Source: Moniliella sp. 'wahieum' (lineage: Eukaryota). Taken from it: 64,000 nucleotides of DNA. The stretch's first letter is position 1, and each line of letters begins with the position of its first letter. The translations under genes and the position numbers were made by a program. Where the stretch lies: NCBI GenBank assembly GCA_003971905.1, contig RSEE01000118.1:1-64000 (forward strand), given 5' to 3'. The notes beneath the pieces were generated by a model that made no database searches, had not been told where the DNA came from, and worked only from the letters and a program-made list of their open reading frames with translations. Positions 24,331 to 39,184 of the stretch are shown here, piece after piece.

Positions 24331-27300
24331 ATGGCCACGGCCAGCAGCGTGGCCGCTGCGCCGACTCATGCGCTTCCCTATCGCATCGGCGCACACAGCG
24401 GCTGGAGGGCCCTACCATCCCAGCCGCATCCTCCACCACGCCCCAACGACCAGAACTCGCGCTGGAGCGTCACTGCTGGTCCACGCAAGGCCTCGGCCCG
24501 CTCCATGCCGGCGGCTGCGGCTGCGCCTGTGGCCGCCGCTGCCTCAGCCACTGCCTCGACCGGCGACAGCGGGTCTCCGACACGACCACTGCCTTCCTCA
24601 TCATCCACCTCTCGGCCCCCGCCGTGGTCACCAATGTCGTGTTTGGCAAATACATGCGCGCCCATCCATGCAACCTATCCGACTTCAAGATCTATGCGCT
24701 GCCGCTCGCCTCGCCCGCCGCCGCCGCTTCTGTCCACTCCTCCGCTGCGCCCACCGCAACGCGCCCTGGGTCCGCATTCTGCGCGACGGTTTGCGCAACG
24801 ACCCGGCATGAGACGTTTTCCGTGCGCTGGACCGACGCGTCGGGCACCCCTTTGCTACGCAGCACCTCATGCTCGTCCCGCTTGCTACGCATCAACCAAA
24901 CTACCACTGCACTGTATGGCACTTTGCCGTCGAGGGATGCGACGACCCATCTATCGTTCATCCTGTCCTCGCTGCATGGGAGGACCATACTAACGACATG
25001 GCATTACGTCTCGCCGCCAAGCATCTTCGTCTCCAAGGCCACCTAACTGCCTTTGACACACTCCTGCGCTCATCTTCCCTTGCTCCCACCCGCCCCCCAT
25101 CCGTTTGAACACCCCATTGTTTCTCGTCTCTTTTCTTCCCTAGTACTGGAAGGCGACTTTGAGGCCGCCGAAGCCAACTTGGAGCGGGCGCTTATGGCGA
25201 CGCGCCTTTGCCGCACCCCCTCTAACCTGGCCCGGTATCGATCCCCCTGGCACCACCCCTTTTTGAGCAAGCAGCAAACAAGGCAATGCCACAGGTCACC
25301 TGGACCGAGTCGGTCCCGCATGACCCCGAACGCGTATCAACCTCCCTGGCCAACTGTACCACCATCGGCCCCACCTGGCGATCAGGCATGCGACGGCATT
25401 GGACCCAGCCAAGAAAATCCTTTACCTCCACGGCGGGTACGATGGTGAGCGTGATCTTGCCGATTTCTGGAAGTACGATTTGGTCAAGCGCGAGTGGGAA
25501 TTGGTGACGTGCAACACTGCGCAAGCACCCGAGGTCCAAGCTGTGCCTGGTATGGGCTGCAGCCCGTGGTAGACCTGCGCAACCCCGTGTCTTCCTCATC
25601 CCGGGACCTACCTTTGGCCCAAGTGCAAGAAGAGGACACGCAATGACGTTCGACTCTCGCTCGGGCATGATGTACCTGTTAGGGCGGTACCTAGATGTTT
25701 CCCAGGATATGTTGATGCTGTCCAACTCTACCACTGCAACCGATGCACGCGCGGAGATTAGGGGGGACCGGACCGAACATTTCCTCGACCGGCTTCACGA
25801 GAGCATTGAGGATCCCGGTGCGTCTCGGATGACACCCATGGACGGAAATGATTACCGATCGGACCTTTGGGGGTACAACACTCGCACGGTCGTTGGACCT
25901 GCTATTCGTCTGATCTCGAGGCTGATGGCGGACCACCTCTCGTTTCTGACCACCAGATTGCCGTCGATGAGGAAGGCCAGATGTTGTACGTGTTTGGAGG
26001 CCATATCGTTGGCCACTATCGCTCGACGCGTGGCCATTCCCGCAAGGCCGATGGCCCATGGCTCGGCCTCTGGGAGTACGACCTGGTCGCTCGTCAATGG
26101 CGTCGCCTTAAAATCTGGGTTGCCCCCCCGCGCAGGACACCCTTCTTCTCTCTCCCCGCACAGGCCACTTCAATGTGCCTGACCATGGTGCTAGCCTCTG
26201 GGTCGTGGGGTGGCATGCGTGGGACGCTAGCCTGTGATGATGTATGGACGTATGATTTGCAAACGGGCTCGGCGAACCGGGTGCAGACTTTACCAGACCC
26301 ATCTCTAGGACCTGAAGCAGGCATCCAGTGATGGGTGCCACGCCAAGGGCCGCCTTGGACTTGGCCCAGGGAAACTGTTGCTCTTGACGGGCAAGCACCC
26401 CCCGTACGGCTCGTGGTATTACGGGCCGACCGCAAACGAGTTTGGGTTCTTGACCTTGCTTCGCGTACTTGGACGCGAATCTGTCAGGCAGCGTGCAGTT
26501 CCCCTCCTTCCAAAGACAGCAAAGGAATAACTACGTTCGCCGACGAATTGGCCACGACTTTACCTGGCGGTGCAATTCGGGTCAACGAAGAGTCCAGGCC
26601 CATTCCAGGCGTGTCCTTGTTTTGAGGGATGGAATATGCGCTCTTTGGCTCGGCCCCAAACAATCTTTTCAGCATTTCGGATGGGCACGATGCCCACTCA
26701 AACGACGATTGCCGACGAGCAGGAACCACGCCGAACGGCGACAGAAATGAAGTGATGTGGAGGAGAGGATTATGGTTTTGGCTTGGGCCCCTTATTGCCT
26801 CCGCTGCCCTCGGCGCAGGTGACACCTTCATTGGGGAGCCACCGCCGCACCTGCTTCCACTATGCCTCCCCGCTTTTCCCAAGCATGGCTTACGTTTCCC
26901 GCCCTGATGGCGGGGAACTCGGTGGTGTTTGGAGGGCAGAGCCAAGTTGGCAAGCAGGGCGAGCGCTGGGGCGACACTTGGCACACACTCACCTCTCTCC
27001 ACCTCCCCGTTGCAGAGATGCTTCGGCAAGCCCGCTTTTTGGTTCGGCAACATAAGTTTAAGGAGTTGCTTCGCTACTTTTCTCCATCGCCTTACCATGC
27101 GACGCAGGTGGCACTCAATATCTCAACTCGGCGGTTGCGGATATGGTGGATTACCAGTCAGTTCACGATACGACCATCTTGCGCACCTGAGCGCACTTCT
27201 CTTGTCCCCCCCCACTCCTCTTTCCCCACCCGGACGCGAGGCTGAATCGTCCTGCAGTAGTGAGGCTGCAGACGACGAGCCACTTTCCATTTCGCAAACC

Positions 27301-27500
27301 CTTTCTTCGACGGAAGTCCTGCCTGATGACCACGTGGACCCGTCGGGCGCCGTTCGCGTACCCGCAGTTGTACCGTTAAAGAGCAGTGAATGCTTTTCAC
27401 AGCGCATGCGCCTGTTTGAGTCGCTCATGCGCTTTTTCCCTCCTGAGGCGACGGAACCGGCGCAAGACTTGACGCTCGTCGTGGCTCGTCTCGGACTGAA
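24331..27500 (+). CDS. Muskelin-like protein (discoidin N-domain, LisH/CTLH, kelch repeats); end approximate
   Basis: LPYRI..HS..YHPSRIL..PNDQNSRWS, FLIIHLSAPAVVTNVVFGKY..HPCNL..FKIY, LRLAAKHLR, FEHPIVSRLFSSLVLEGDFEAAE, LYLHGGYDGERDLADFWKY, GGPPLVSDHQ..YVFGG, FLVRQHKFKE and RMRLFESLMRFFP. Confidence 0.8.
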
Positions 27501-27925
27501 AGAGCGTAGGCGGCGGTATATATCCTCTATCGCTGTGCTCCATCTTGTCATTATCCATATCCAGCCCTGCAATGGATGCATGCATTGGTCCCTTTGGTTG
27601 CTAGTTTTGTTGGTCTGGTTCATCTCAACGACGGGATGTTAAGTTCGTAGGACGTGCCATGAGCATGACGATCGTCTGTCGACTCTTCAGAGATGCAGGA
27701 CAGGTTCCTTTTTCGCGGGCCAGCGGTGACTGTCCGAACAGCAACCGTACGCCGACAGCGCCCGCACACGTGCATGCATCCCGGGACGTCAATACGAGGA
27801 GAGCTATAAAAAGAAAAGGGCCAGCAAGCCCTGGGCCACATGAGTGGGATGGCAGTGCAATAGATCATTGCGATTGCGCTTAGATCGGGGGTGTCGAGCA
27901 AGTGTCGTAAGGGGTAACGGGTTGT

Positions 27926-28687
<762 letters not shown>

Positions 28688-31409
28688 GGTGGATGCAAAG
28701 AGGGGGAGTAGAGAAGGAGGTGATGATGGGGGAAGAGTTGTCGGCTGATGTGGCCAGAGCGAGAAGCCCTTTTAATGGGTTGCGCTTGGGGCGAGCATGG
28801 GCGGTCCGTGCGGTGTGCTGCGATGCCCCCACGGAGGACACCGTGTAACGAGACGAGGGGGAACACAAGCGCGGTGCCGTCCCCGGGCCGGGCGGACAGC
28901 CGGACAGAAGGCAGAGCGGCAGTGTGCCTGTCGGCGGGGGCTGCCGCAGGGACACTGCTCGTGTGCGGCCAAACTGTTTGTTCCGCCAGCGCCGCCACTG
29001 GCGCCGTGCGTGCAAGCAGCCCACTTTGCATGGCCCCTTGCCTGGCGCATGCAGCTCAAATTAACTGTGCCCAGAAGAACCAGCCAGGCAAGCGTCAAGG
29101 CAAGCGCCAGCAAGCACCCCCGCCCAACCCTACCGCTGGGCGGCTGGGGGAGAACAGCAGAATTTATGCGTCGTTACGTTCAGGTGAGCCCGGCTGGAGG
29201 TTACCAGCATGCGTCGGCCAACGTCAGCTTACTTAGGCCTGCGCCCTCCACTCCCACCAACGTCCAACGCTCAAACACCGCCTATCCGTCGAGGGGCGGC
29301 GGCTTGTACGTGTAGCTTAGGTTGAACTGTCAAGCACAGAGGGCATGTGCTCCTACAACGCATCCTCCGCGCTGAGCTCAGCTGCCAATTGAGGGAATGG
29401 GGCGTTCCGAGGTTCGGTTTATGCTCAGCACCAACACCCCAGTACAACGAAGTTCAACCGCCAGTCGGGTTTCCAGAATCGACCCCATACATCATCGACA
29501 TCACGTATCGTTTCATCGTTGCCCGCAATTGCTGGTGCAGACTCCATATAATCGCCCGTAAAAAGATATAGTTATCTTCTCTGCCACTCCCGAAAGCGAT
29601 GTGTAAAAGGTGAGCAGCCCTCTATGCCTTCTTCCCCACTCGTACTTATCGACCAGATGCTTTCCAGTAGAGAGTGTCATTTTGCCCTCCAGCCGTAAAG
29701 CCATCGTTTTCTGCGTGGGTCCAACCGTCACGCATGCGTTCTTTTAGCTTCCGTGTCAGTCTCTTTGCCCTGCACCACCTTTTCCGTCCCAGCTGGACGG
29801 CCCCACCGAGCTGGCCAACAAGAGTGCGCGGCATGCTAGGAATAACATAGTAGAGGAGGAATTACTAGTCATGTGGACAGTGTCTTCGATTGGTTGTGAT
29901 ATGTTGTCGCGCGTCTCCATAACGGAGATGGAGATGGGGGGGAGGACAAGGATCATATTCATCGAATGGAAAGGAAGCGAGGTATGTATGCCTCTCGGAG
30001 AAGAAGAGAGATATGCGAGCTAAATCGCATGGGGGGAAAGAGGGAGCACAATCCAAAGGGGGAAAACAGGTACAGAACAACTCAAGGGGGCCAGACAACT
30101 TGGTGACAAAGAACGTGATCAAGTGAGTCTGATCCCGACACTCCCCACATCCCCAGTTCGTTTTGCACAACATATCAAACACAGACCAACAGCGACTCGC
30201 TCGAGTGCTTTTTAAGACCCGCAACTTCAGCAACGCAAAAGCTTGCCTTCGGGGGGGGGGGGTGCACAACCTTTTGATGGTCAAGAAAGGCGATGAGTAC
30301 AATGCGCCCTCGCTACGGTCACTTCGAGTCTCTCGTCGTCATATGCCGTTCGGCCTCCCTGCAACGCGCCCGTCCCTTTCCATGCCGTAAGAAACGCTTG
30401 GTAATCTCCTCGACTTACTTCGGACGAAGAGACACCACGGGAGAGCATGTTGATGAAGTGTTGCGGCTTCTTCAAGGGAGCCCCTTCCCCTTATTCCCAG
30501 CCATTCCGGCACGGGGACGTCTCACCACAACATCCACAGGATGGACTTTCCCCTCTCCCTTAATGGTCGAAGTGAGCATTTTCCATTTCAGAGGGGTGGT
30601 ATCCCATCCACACTAGCGGGAAAATGAATGTCTCCGCTGCCGACGACATCGCAGCACAGGACGCCACCCTTTGTTGTGTGGCCCGTTTCTTCCATGCGCT
30701 GTACCCCGATAACCATATGTTTCCTGGGCACATGACATGCGACCTAGTTCGCCATCTCCACTGCTGGGGGGGTGAGACCTGAAAGGGGAAAGATTCAAAT
30801 GCTCACTATCGAATGTCCAATGCTGCATCTCTTATCCTTTTTTGCATATATTATCCCTTCGCTCTCCCATTTCCCTTAAATTTTTTCCTCTTGTTCCCTA
30901 TGCCTGATGCCACTTGTTTCCTTCCGCGAACGATCACGCCATCCTCCCCGTCTCGAGCTTCATCTTAGGTGCCCTCGCTCAGCCCCGACTGCTCCCATCT
31001 GGTCGGGCGTGGAGACGTGGCCGGACGGGAGACGCAGTGGCACAAGCGCGTGGCCGCAACGTGACGGGAGTGAGAAGAGTGACGCGTTAGCCGTTAAAGA
31101 CCCGCATGTTGGCCTGTGCTAACTGTGCCCTAGCTTAGCTAACCCTGCTACACCTTGTGGTGAAATCTGCCGCAGACGATGGATGGCCACCGGTGACTGC
31201 CGTTAAATTACTCACAGATCACACATTTCGTATGCGTCACCGGTTAGGGAAGCGGGTCAGGATGTGGCACGAGGCAGTGTTGCGAGAAGTCGCTCAAGTA
31301 CTTTATGCCGGCCATCTTTGGGCTCTGCTTGGATGGAGTAGAGTAGTCGAGTGGGCGAGTGCCTCTCGTTAAGGCAACGGTTTCTTCCTCTGCCGCCACC
31401 GCAGGCAAG

Positions 31410-34400
31410 ATGTCGTCCAACGCCAGTGCGCCAAGCCGCTCCGCTCGCCGCGGCGCCGTGGTCGGTACGCCGTCCTCTCCCCGCTCCCCGTCCACTCACC
31501 GTCCGCCACGTCCACCGTCCGCGACGAGCCCACGCTTCCTCCTCCACCGCCTCCACGCCGGAGCCGGCTCCCTACACCCCATTCCTCATCCCTCATGGCC
31601 GCCGCTCAATCCTGCACCCCAAGCGGGACTGGATCAAACCGGCGTCGTGCCCTTGATCGTCCGTCCAGCCAGTCTTCTCTCCGTCGCGCGGTTTCGGCCG
31701 CGCTCTACCTCTGCTGCCACGTGACGTTGGTGGCAAGTGGCGCTTCATACGCGTCCCTCCCCTCCACTCCTAAGTCAAGCCATTTTTCCCTTCCCATATC
31801 ACATCTGTTCGCCACGGCCTCCCCTTCATCCAACAGGATATGGAGCAGGAGTTGATGCAACCGGTCTGGCCGAGTCGAGCGGAATAGTTGGCGCGACAAT
31901 TGAAGAGGATCATGGTGGCGTTGACGGTCCGCTGGAGCAAGACACAGGCCGCCTTCCGTCGCTCAAAGCAAAACCAAGCCCGTCACTTCGGACGATCCAA
32001 TGGAGTCCTCATCTTCTGTGGCCCCGACCCAATCCACCGCAGCCGACCGTGCCATTGGCGAGAATAACGGAAAAGGCAAAGCCAAGGCCCCAAACCCCAC
32101 CCGATCCCGATCTCGTTCCCGGTCTCGTTCCCATCCCCCGATCTCGTTCGCGATCCCAATCCATACCGAAGGAGGGCAAGCGCAAGTACACGTCTGAGAG
32201 CGGTGGCGAGTTGGGTCCGTCTCTTCCCAGCCTTGCGCAGCCATGCCAGCCAGTCATCCAAGCGGCTCAAGATCGATGGTGACGGTCCAGCGGGTGGGCG
32301 AGGAAGGGGAGGAGGAGAGCGAAGTTCAGGTTGATGGGGGGGGCAGCAACGTACCTGTCCAAGACGAGGCGGCCAGTGCCGATCAACCGTCCACCATGCC
32401 TGATCCGAGTCGTGGTGGTGGCGATGTGCCCGAGGCTCCGTTAGCGCGTGGCTCAATGGCCGAGGACATTCGCTATGAGACGGCGATCCAACGGCGGAGA
32501 CGGGAACATGAGCGCCCCAGCAACGATACTCGGTCCCGGTACGCCCCAGATGCGGCAACGATTGTTACCGTATCACCCAGAGTTGAAGAACATTTGGAAG
32601 GACCTGGCCCAGTCTCCGGTTCGAAAGGCTGAGCAAGCCGAGGAGCCACCAGACATGACCATCAATTGCTCCCCTTCCAGCTGGAAGGCATCAACTGGCT
32701 CATCAAGCAGGAAAAGTCCATGTGCGGTGGCATTCTGGCGGATGAGATGGGCATGGGCAAGACTATCCAGATGATTGGGCTCTTCATGCCAGACTACCAC
32801 GAGAAGAAAGGTCCGGCGTTGGTTGTTGCGCCGACGGTGGCGATTATACAATGGCGCAACGAAATCAACAAGTACACGCCTGATGAATGTCCTTCTTTGG
32901 CACGGCCTCAACCGGGAGAGGGATGCCGACGAATTCAAGAACTACGATGTGGTGTTGACCTCGTATCAGACCATGGAGCGGTCGTTCAGCAAACAAGTGA
33001 AAGGATGGCGGCGCAAGGGGCCTGTTCTTTGAGCCCAGCCCCTCCACAGCACCCATTGGCATCGGATCGTGCTGGACGAGCCCACAATATCAAGGAGCGG
33101 TCTACCAACATGGCCAAGGCCGCCTTCCAGCTCGTCGGCGATTACCGGTGGTGTCTCTCGGGCACGCCTTTGCAAAACCGGGTGGGAGAACTCTATTCGA
33201 TGGTCCGTTCATGGGGGCCGATCCGTATGCGTTCTACTTTTGCCTGCATTGCAAATGCAAGTCGCTACATTGGTCATTTAGTAACAAGCGCTGGTGCGAT
33301 CAATGTCGCCATCCGCCCATGACGCATACCGCCTTCTGGAACAGTGAAATCCTCAAGCCCATTCACGCGGTGTATCGACGCTGGTGAAGGGCGGGACGCA
33401 TTTCGGCGCTTGCACTCGCTCTTAGAGCACATTATGCTCCGTCGAACCAAGCTGGAACGGGCGGATGATATGGGCCTGCCCCCGCACAGTCTTGGTCCGA
33501 CGGGACCAATTCAACGAGGAGGAGGAAGACCTGTACGAGAGCTTGTACAGGGACACCACTCGTCGGTTCTCCACCTACCTCAACCAGGGCACCGTACTGA
33601 ACAACTACAGCAACATTTTACCCTTCTGACCCGCATGCGCCAGATGGCCAATCACCCCGACTTGGTGCTCCGGTCCCAGACCGGAATGCAGCAGCATCTG
33701 CTCGCCTACGATGTGGAGCAAAACAACCGAGTGTGCAGGATCTGTATGGACGTGGCAGAGGACCCGATCCTGTCCAAATGCCGGCACGTTTTTTGCCGCC
33801 TTTGCATTTCAGAATATCTTGAGATGGAACCGGGATCTCATGCGCATGCCCACGACTGCCCCTACTGCCATGCGACGATTGTGATTAATCTGGAGCAGGA
33901 AGCGCTAGCGCCCCCCCGTGGGTACGACGCTGCTCGCCAAGGCATCCTCTCTCGTCTCAGCATGGAGCAGTGGCGTTCTTCGACCAAGATTGAAGCGCTG
34001 GTGGAAGAGCTCCTCTCGCTCCGTCGGGAGGATTCGACAATCAAGTCGCTGGTGTTTAGTCAGTTTACCAATTTTTTGGATCTGATAGCGTTCCGTCTCC
34101 AACGTCTTGGCTTTTCGCTCTGTCGGTTGGAGGGTTCGATGACCCCTGAGGCCCGGGATAACCATCAGCACTTCCAGGCCAACACCCACACTACGGTGCT
34201 CCTGCTTTCTCTCAAGGCAGGCGGTGTGGCGCTTAATTTGGTCGAAGCAAGTCGGGTGTATCTTATGGACGTGAGTAGACAGTTTCCTGCCCCTTCTTTT
34301 ATCGCGTTATTCATGTAGAGACTGACCCAGTTTTTTGTTGTTGGCTTGCTTGCACTAGCCGTGGTGGAACCCGTCGGTTGAGACGCAGGCTATGGACCGC

Positions 34401-34586
34401 ATCCATCGTATCGGCCAACATCGACCAATTGTGGTCAAGCGGCTGATCATTGAAAACTCGATTGAGAGCCGCATCATCGAATTGCAAAACAAGAAGAGCG
34501 CCATGATCGAGGCTGCAATTGGCAAAGACGACAGTGCAATGGGACGCCTAAGTGTGGCGGACTTGCGCTTCCTGTTTACTCTGTGA
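31410..34586 (+). CDS. RAD16: Rad16-like SNF2 ATPase with RING finger (nucleotide excision repair), intron 34271-34358
   Basis: [132 protein letters not shown] and DLRFLF. The start codon is inferred. Confidence 0.9.
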
Positions 34587-35344
34587 CACGTTCTCGTTTT
34601 TCCCTACTGTTGTTTGTTATTGAATACTGGTTTTCCCTTGGTCGCATCCATCCTCCTCTCTCCCCTTCTCTCTACGATGGCATGGACAAGACTCGATGAT
34701 GGATTTTTTTTGTTGACTGACGTTGACGGAAGGTCAACTCCACTGGGAGCGAATCATGGCATATGTATTTGGTTCTGAAGTCTCAGGTTTGATTTTTTTG
34801 CGTAGAAGGATAGCTTCTACGAGCGAAATACTTCTACGAGCGCCTTTCCGTCATTGACAGGGTGGGTGAGCGGAGGGGGGTTGGATAACCTGATGGGGGC
34901 GGTGCGCTGATGGATGAAGAGGGGGGGGAACTTATTGTTGCCAGACACCTTCATCGGGTTCACACTATTATAGCGGGGCTGGCCTGATAATGCGACCGAC
35001 AACTGCGCGCCCAGGGGCTATCTATGAGATCTAAGATGTACCTTTTTGAAATCTGATATGTGGCCGTGTGAGAGGTGGGTAACTAGGACAGCCACTAGTC
35101 ACTAGTGACGTCGTGAAGCGAGTGACCAGGTGAGTGACTGGTGATTAATTGGCGACGCTAGGGAAACAAGAAGCGGAAGCTTGAAGAAAATATCTTCCCA
35201 TTGCGTTCCTGAAGCTTGAAAGCAGATGGGGCTACCCACGCGCGTGCTAGATCCATCTCTGGGCGTGGTGGCGTTACCGGGGTTACCGATTACCATCAGG
35301 AAAACAGCGATGGGCGCCAAACCAAAAGCCAGGCGAGGGAAGTT

Positions 35345-35380
35345 GCATGGGCATGGGCATGGGCATGGCCATGGTCATGC
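35345..35380. repeat. (GCATGG)n hexamer tandem repeat
   Basis: GCATGG x4 followed by CCATGG TCATGC. Confidence 0.8.
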
Positions 35381-35905
35381 GACTGAGTGTTGCAAGTGGG
35401 TTGCGCTGGCCCCTGCTGCCCCATCTTCGAGACGTCTTCGCCTGGCCAAAGTGGTGCGGTGACTGGCAGCGGCTTCCAGCTCAAGTGGTCAAGTGCCGCC
35501 CAAAACGCGCCGCTGGCTTGCCGGCACCGGTGTTGCCAATTTCAAATTTGTGCCGGGGGAGTGGGGCCAGCCTGGCCGACACTGCGCTGGGCGGCCGGCG
35601 CCGAAGGAGGCAGCAGCGCTGTGCTCTCCCGCCGTAGCTTCCGGCCGGCAGCACCCGGCACAGAGGCAGTGTGTGGCGCTGGTCACTGTGATCTGAGCCT
35701 GGTGCCAGCACCAAGTGAGACTGGGTTGTGTTATGTGGATGGGTGGGTGGGGTGTGTATGTACGATGGGATGGGGGCCGTTTGGAGCCGACGCTGGCCTC
35801 GAGCTGTCCTTGTGAGCCGCCTGTGCCTCCCTAGCACATATCCCCCCTCCCCCCCACCCACCCACTCCACCCGTTGCCCCACCACCACCATCTGCACCGG
35901 CACCC

Positions 35906-37108
35906 ATGTCTTCCTTCCAGCACACCCACACCCACACCCACCCCGCCCCCACGTCGTCATCATTGGCGGGGCATCATTGGCGCGTCGATCCTGTACTTAC
36001 CGCCAAGCACCCCTACCGTCCGCCGGGAGCAAGGTGACCTTGGTCGAAGCCAGTTCGGAGCTGGCAGCTGCAGCCAGTGGCCGGTCTGGCGGGTTCTTGG
36101 CACGCGATTGGCACGGCTTTTCCACCACCTCATCCCTGGCGCGGTTGAGCTACCAGCTGCACCGCGACTTGGCCGACGAACTGCAAGGCGCAGAACGATG
36201 GGGCTATCGCGACGTGGAGACGCTGCAGGTCAACATTGACACCTCCAAGCATCGCTCCAAATGTCCGCGTGAGCTTACCTGGATCGACCCTAAATCGTCA
36301 CCTCGACCAAACACATGGGTGGCACCGGCTCCACCGCCCAGGTGATGCCCAAAGCCCTGGTGGAGTATATGGTGGAAGAAGCGTGTCGCCAGCCAGGGGT
36401 GCAATGCTACTGAGCACCAAGGCCACCAGCATCCTTCTCTCTGAGGAAGATGCGATTAAGGGCATTGTGCTCGAGACGTACGACCCGACGTACAAACCGC
36501 GGTCCCCTCGAGCTGGCGTGCGACCGCGTTGTGGTCGCTGCCGGTCCTTGGACCGGGGAGCTGTTTAAGAACATGATTCAGCCCACCATCTTGCTCTACC
36601 ACAGTAAAGTCGCGCGGAAGGGAAGGACGTGGGCGGGTCGAGGGGCATTCGATCGTGTTGCGCAGCACAAGGCCGACGACGGCGCATTGCCTCTTTACCG
36701 ACATGCGCTTTGGCGACACGGGCATTGTTGCTCGTGGGCCCGAGATTTACGCTCGCGCGGATGGCACGGTGTACATTTGCGGCGGGTCAGACAATGAGCC
36801 GCTTCCGGCGTTGGCGGACGACATTGGATACGAGCCACGCCAAACCAAGCGGCTCATGGAACAATCCGCATCATTGCCGCCGACAGTTTGGGGGATGGCG
36901 CGGTGCTGGAGGCGCAACATGCCTGCTATCTTCCTGCCGGCGCATTCCGAGGCCCGTTGATTGATGGGTTGCCGGAGCGTGGACTATACATTGCTGCCGG
37001 TCATACCTGCTGGGGCATCACCCTCGGCCCAGGAACAGGCAAGGTCATGGCCGAACTCATCTCGAAGGCAAGGCGCACAGTGCCGAGATTGGCGGCCTGC
37101 GGGCCTAG
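35906..37108 (+). CDS. FAD-dependent oxidoreductase, DAO family (Tda3/YHR009C-like)
   Basis: HVVIIGG(G)IIGAS, AAAASGRSGGFLARDW, VVVAAGPWTG, PEIYARADGTVYICG and AAGHTCWGITLGPGTGKVMAELI. Confidence 0.85.
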
Positions 37109-39184
37109 TGATGCCGCCAAGCTATGCAGAGCGGGTCTCTGCCGTACAAGGGATTGTTGTGGAGGACTACAACAGAGTTAGCTTTAAGTTTCCACTGACT
37201 GGATCATGTCACAATGGCCGCCCTCCATATAAGCGGGCTGGGTGTCCACATGATATAAATTCAGATCCACAGAATCTTGTCAGGCAGTGTTGCGCGTTGG
37301 CCACATCGAACTAGCCGCTGTCACATGGCCCTCACTGAGTACTGACTGTTGAGACCTGGAGAGACTGATTACAGCACAGAGGGGAATGAAGTATCCAGCG
37401 GAAGTGGCATGGTTCGTGGAGAGAAGACACAAGGGGGAAGTGAACACTGGAGCGCAAGAAAGGGGCAGAAGCGAAGACAAGGCCTATAGTGGCCTCGTGC
37501 CAGCGCCGCCGAGGTTCCTCCTATAATAAGGAAAGCTGTAATGATCTCCACATATCGCAGTACCGCAGCAGAGAACGCCTTTTGTCTTACCGCAACGCAC
37601 GCCTTTTACCCGGGTATACCGTCTTCTTCCGCCTCCGTTCTCGCCTCTTCACAACATACTCCTCAGATTCGTTCCACCTCTGCGGCAAGGGACCAAAGTA
37701 GCGATAGAAGCGGTTGGACAAAACACCACATATCTCATGTGACGAGTGACTGTTGGATGTGCTTGACGAGGAGAACGGCTCTTGTTCTCTCTGGTATTGG
37801 TGTCTCGTTCGCGTCTGCATCCACATTCCCCTCCGGGCCTGTGCCCCAAGAGCACGTGTGCTCGCGAAGAAATGAAAACAAGACGATAACACCCTTTTTT
37901 ATCTCCCCACAGAGGGCCAGAGAGTGCGAATGGCATGCGTGCATCGGATGGTGTCGAGGCTGCAGCCGGCCGCAGGCGGCGTGGTACAGCATGTGATGAG
38001 CATGGTATCGGCCGAGTATTCTAGAGCTGGAGCCGTGCATTACAGAGGTGGTGCGCGTACCCGCAGCGGACAAGAAATACAAGGCTCCACAGGGACAGCG
38101 CTACCTACTGGCTGCGGAGAGGAGCGGATGGCTGTGTGAGTGGGATGACTCACTGCGGGCGGGGGCGTCGCATGGGGCGCAGTCCACCAACCCCCACAGT
38201 GGCTGAGGCCGTCGGGCATCGAGCATCCCAGCCCAGCCCAGCGCCTGTGTGTCCAGCAGCCGGCACACATCTGTCACACCCGCCCCACTTGGCCTGTCTG
38301 TCCCCCGTCCCCCGTCGTCCGTCCACCCCCGTTTGGGTTCGCTGCGGGCACCGGAATGGGCAACGGCAGTGCAATGGCCGTGGCCAGCACAGCGGCCATG
38401 CAGCGCAGAGCCCGCCGACGCATGCCTTGGCACCAGCACATCGTGTCCGTTCGTCTCTGCCGCAGCCTGCCGCTCTCGCGTGCTTTTGTGTGCGGAGTCG
38501 CAGCGACGGAGGCGGGCTGGCGGTGGGTGCTGCGTGCTGCTGCCAGATGGGCGCGTGGAGGTGAGGGTGGGCGGGCGCATGGCAGGCGCCTGCCCTGATC
38601 TGGTCTCAGAGCTGACCCGATCAGACCAGAGTCTCCGATCGCAGCCGCTGAAACCGGCGCTCAGGCCCCCAGCACCCAGCACCCAGAGCAGCACGCGCAA
38701 TGGCAGGGGGTGCGAGCCATGGATGGGCACTGGGGGAGGTGCTGTCGAGGAGCGCGGGTGCTGCGGCGCGTGTGCGCTGGTGAGCACGAGGCGCGTCGGG
38801 TGCCGCCCCTCTCGTCTGCCGAGCACACCCGTGCCCGCCCGTCGCAGCAGCCGCGCCAGCAGCCCAGGCACCCTACCCCTCTGCGGCTGCCGTTGGTGTC
38901 CGCAGCGTTTTCGCTGCGCCAAAAGTTTCACTCGCCTCGCCACGAACCGCTGCCCTGCCCGCTTCTCTTGCGCGTCGCGCTGGATAGCCGCCCCAGCCAT
39001 CCACCCCCAGCCCAGCGCCACCGCCTCCCTGCTGTCTCCGCCCCACGCCATGCCGTCGCCCCCCCTGCGCCCGCACCACCCCACCCCCACCCGCATCCGC
39101 ATCGTCTGCTCCCCCCCCCACCCGCCTCTGCCCCCCCCCCCGCCAGCGGCCACGACGACCACCCGCCACCACAGCCGCACCGCC

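Noticed and set aside
37369..37551. Small secreted protein candidate (xEIITAFLIIGGTSAALA...)
   Set aside because: It starts at GTG rather than ATG, is very short, and has no other support.
38101..39184. Long GC-rich ORFs on both strands upstream of the Zn2Cys6 gene
   Set aside because: These are low-complexity Arg/Pro/Ala/Gly translations typical of stop-poor GC-rich DNA, with no recognisable motifs.
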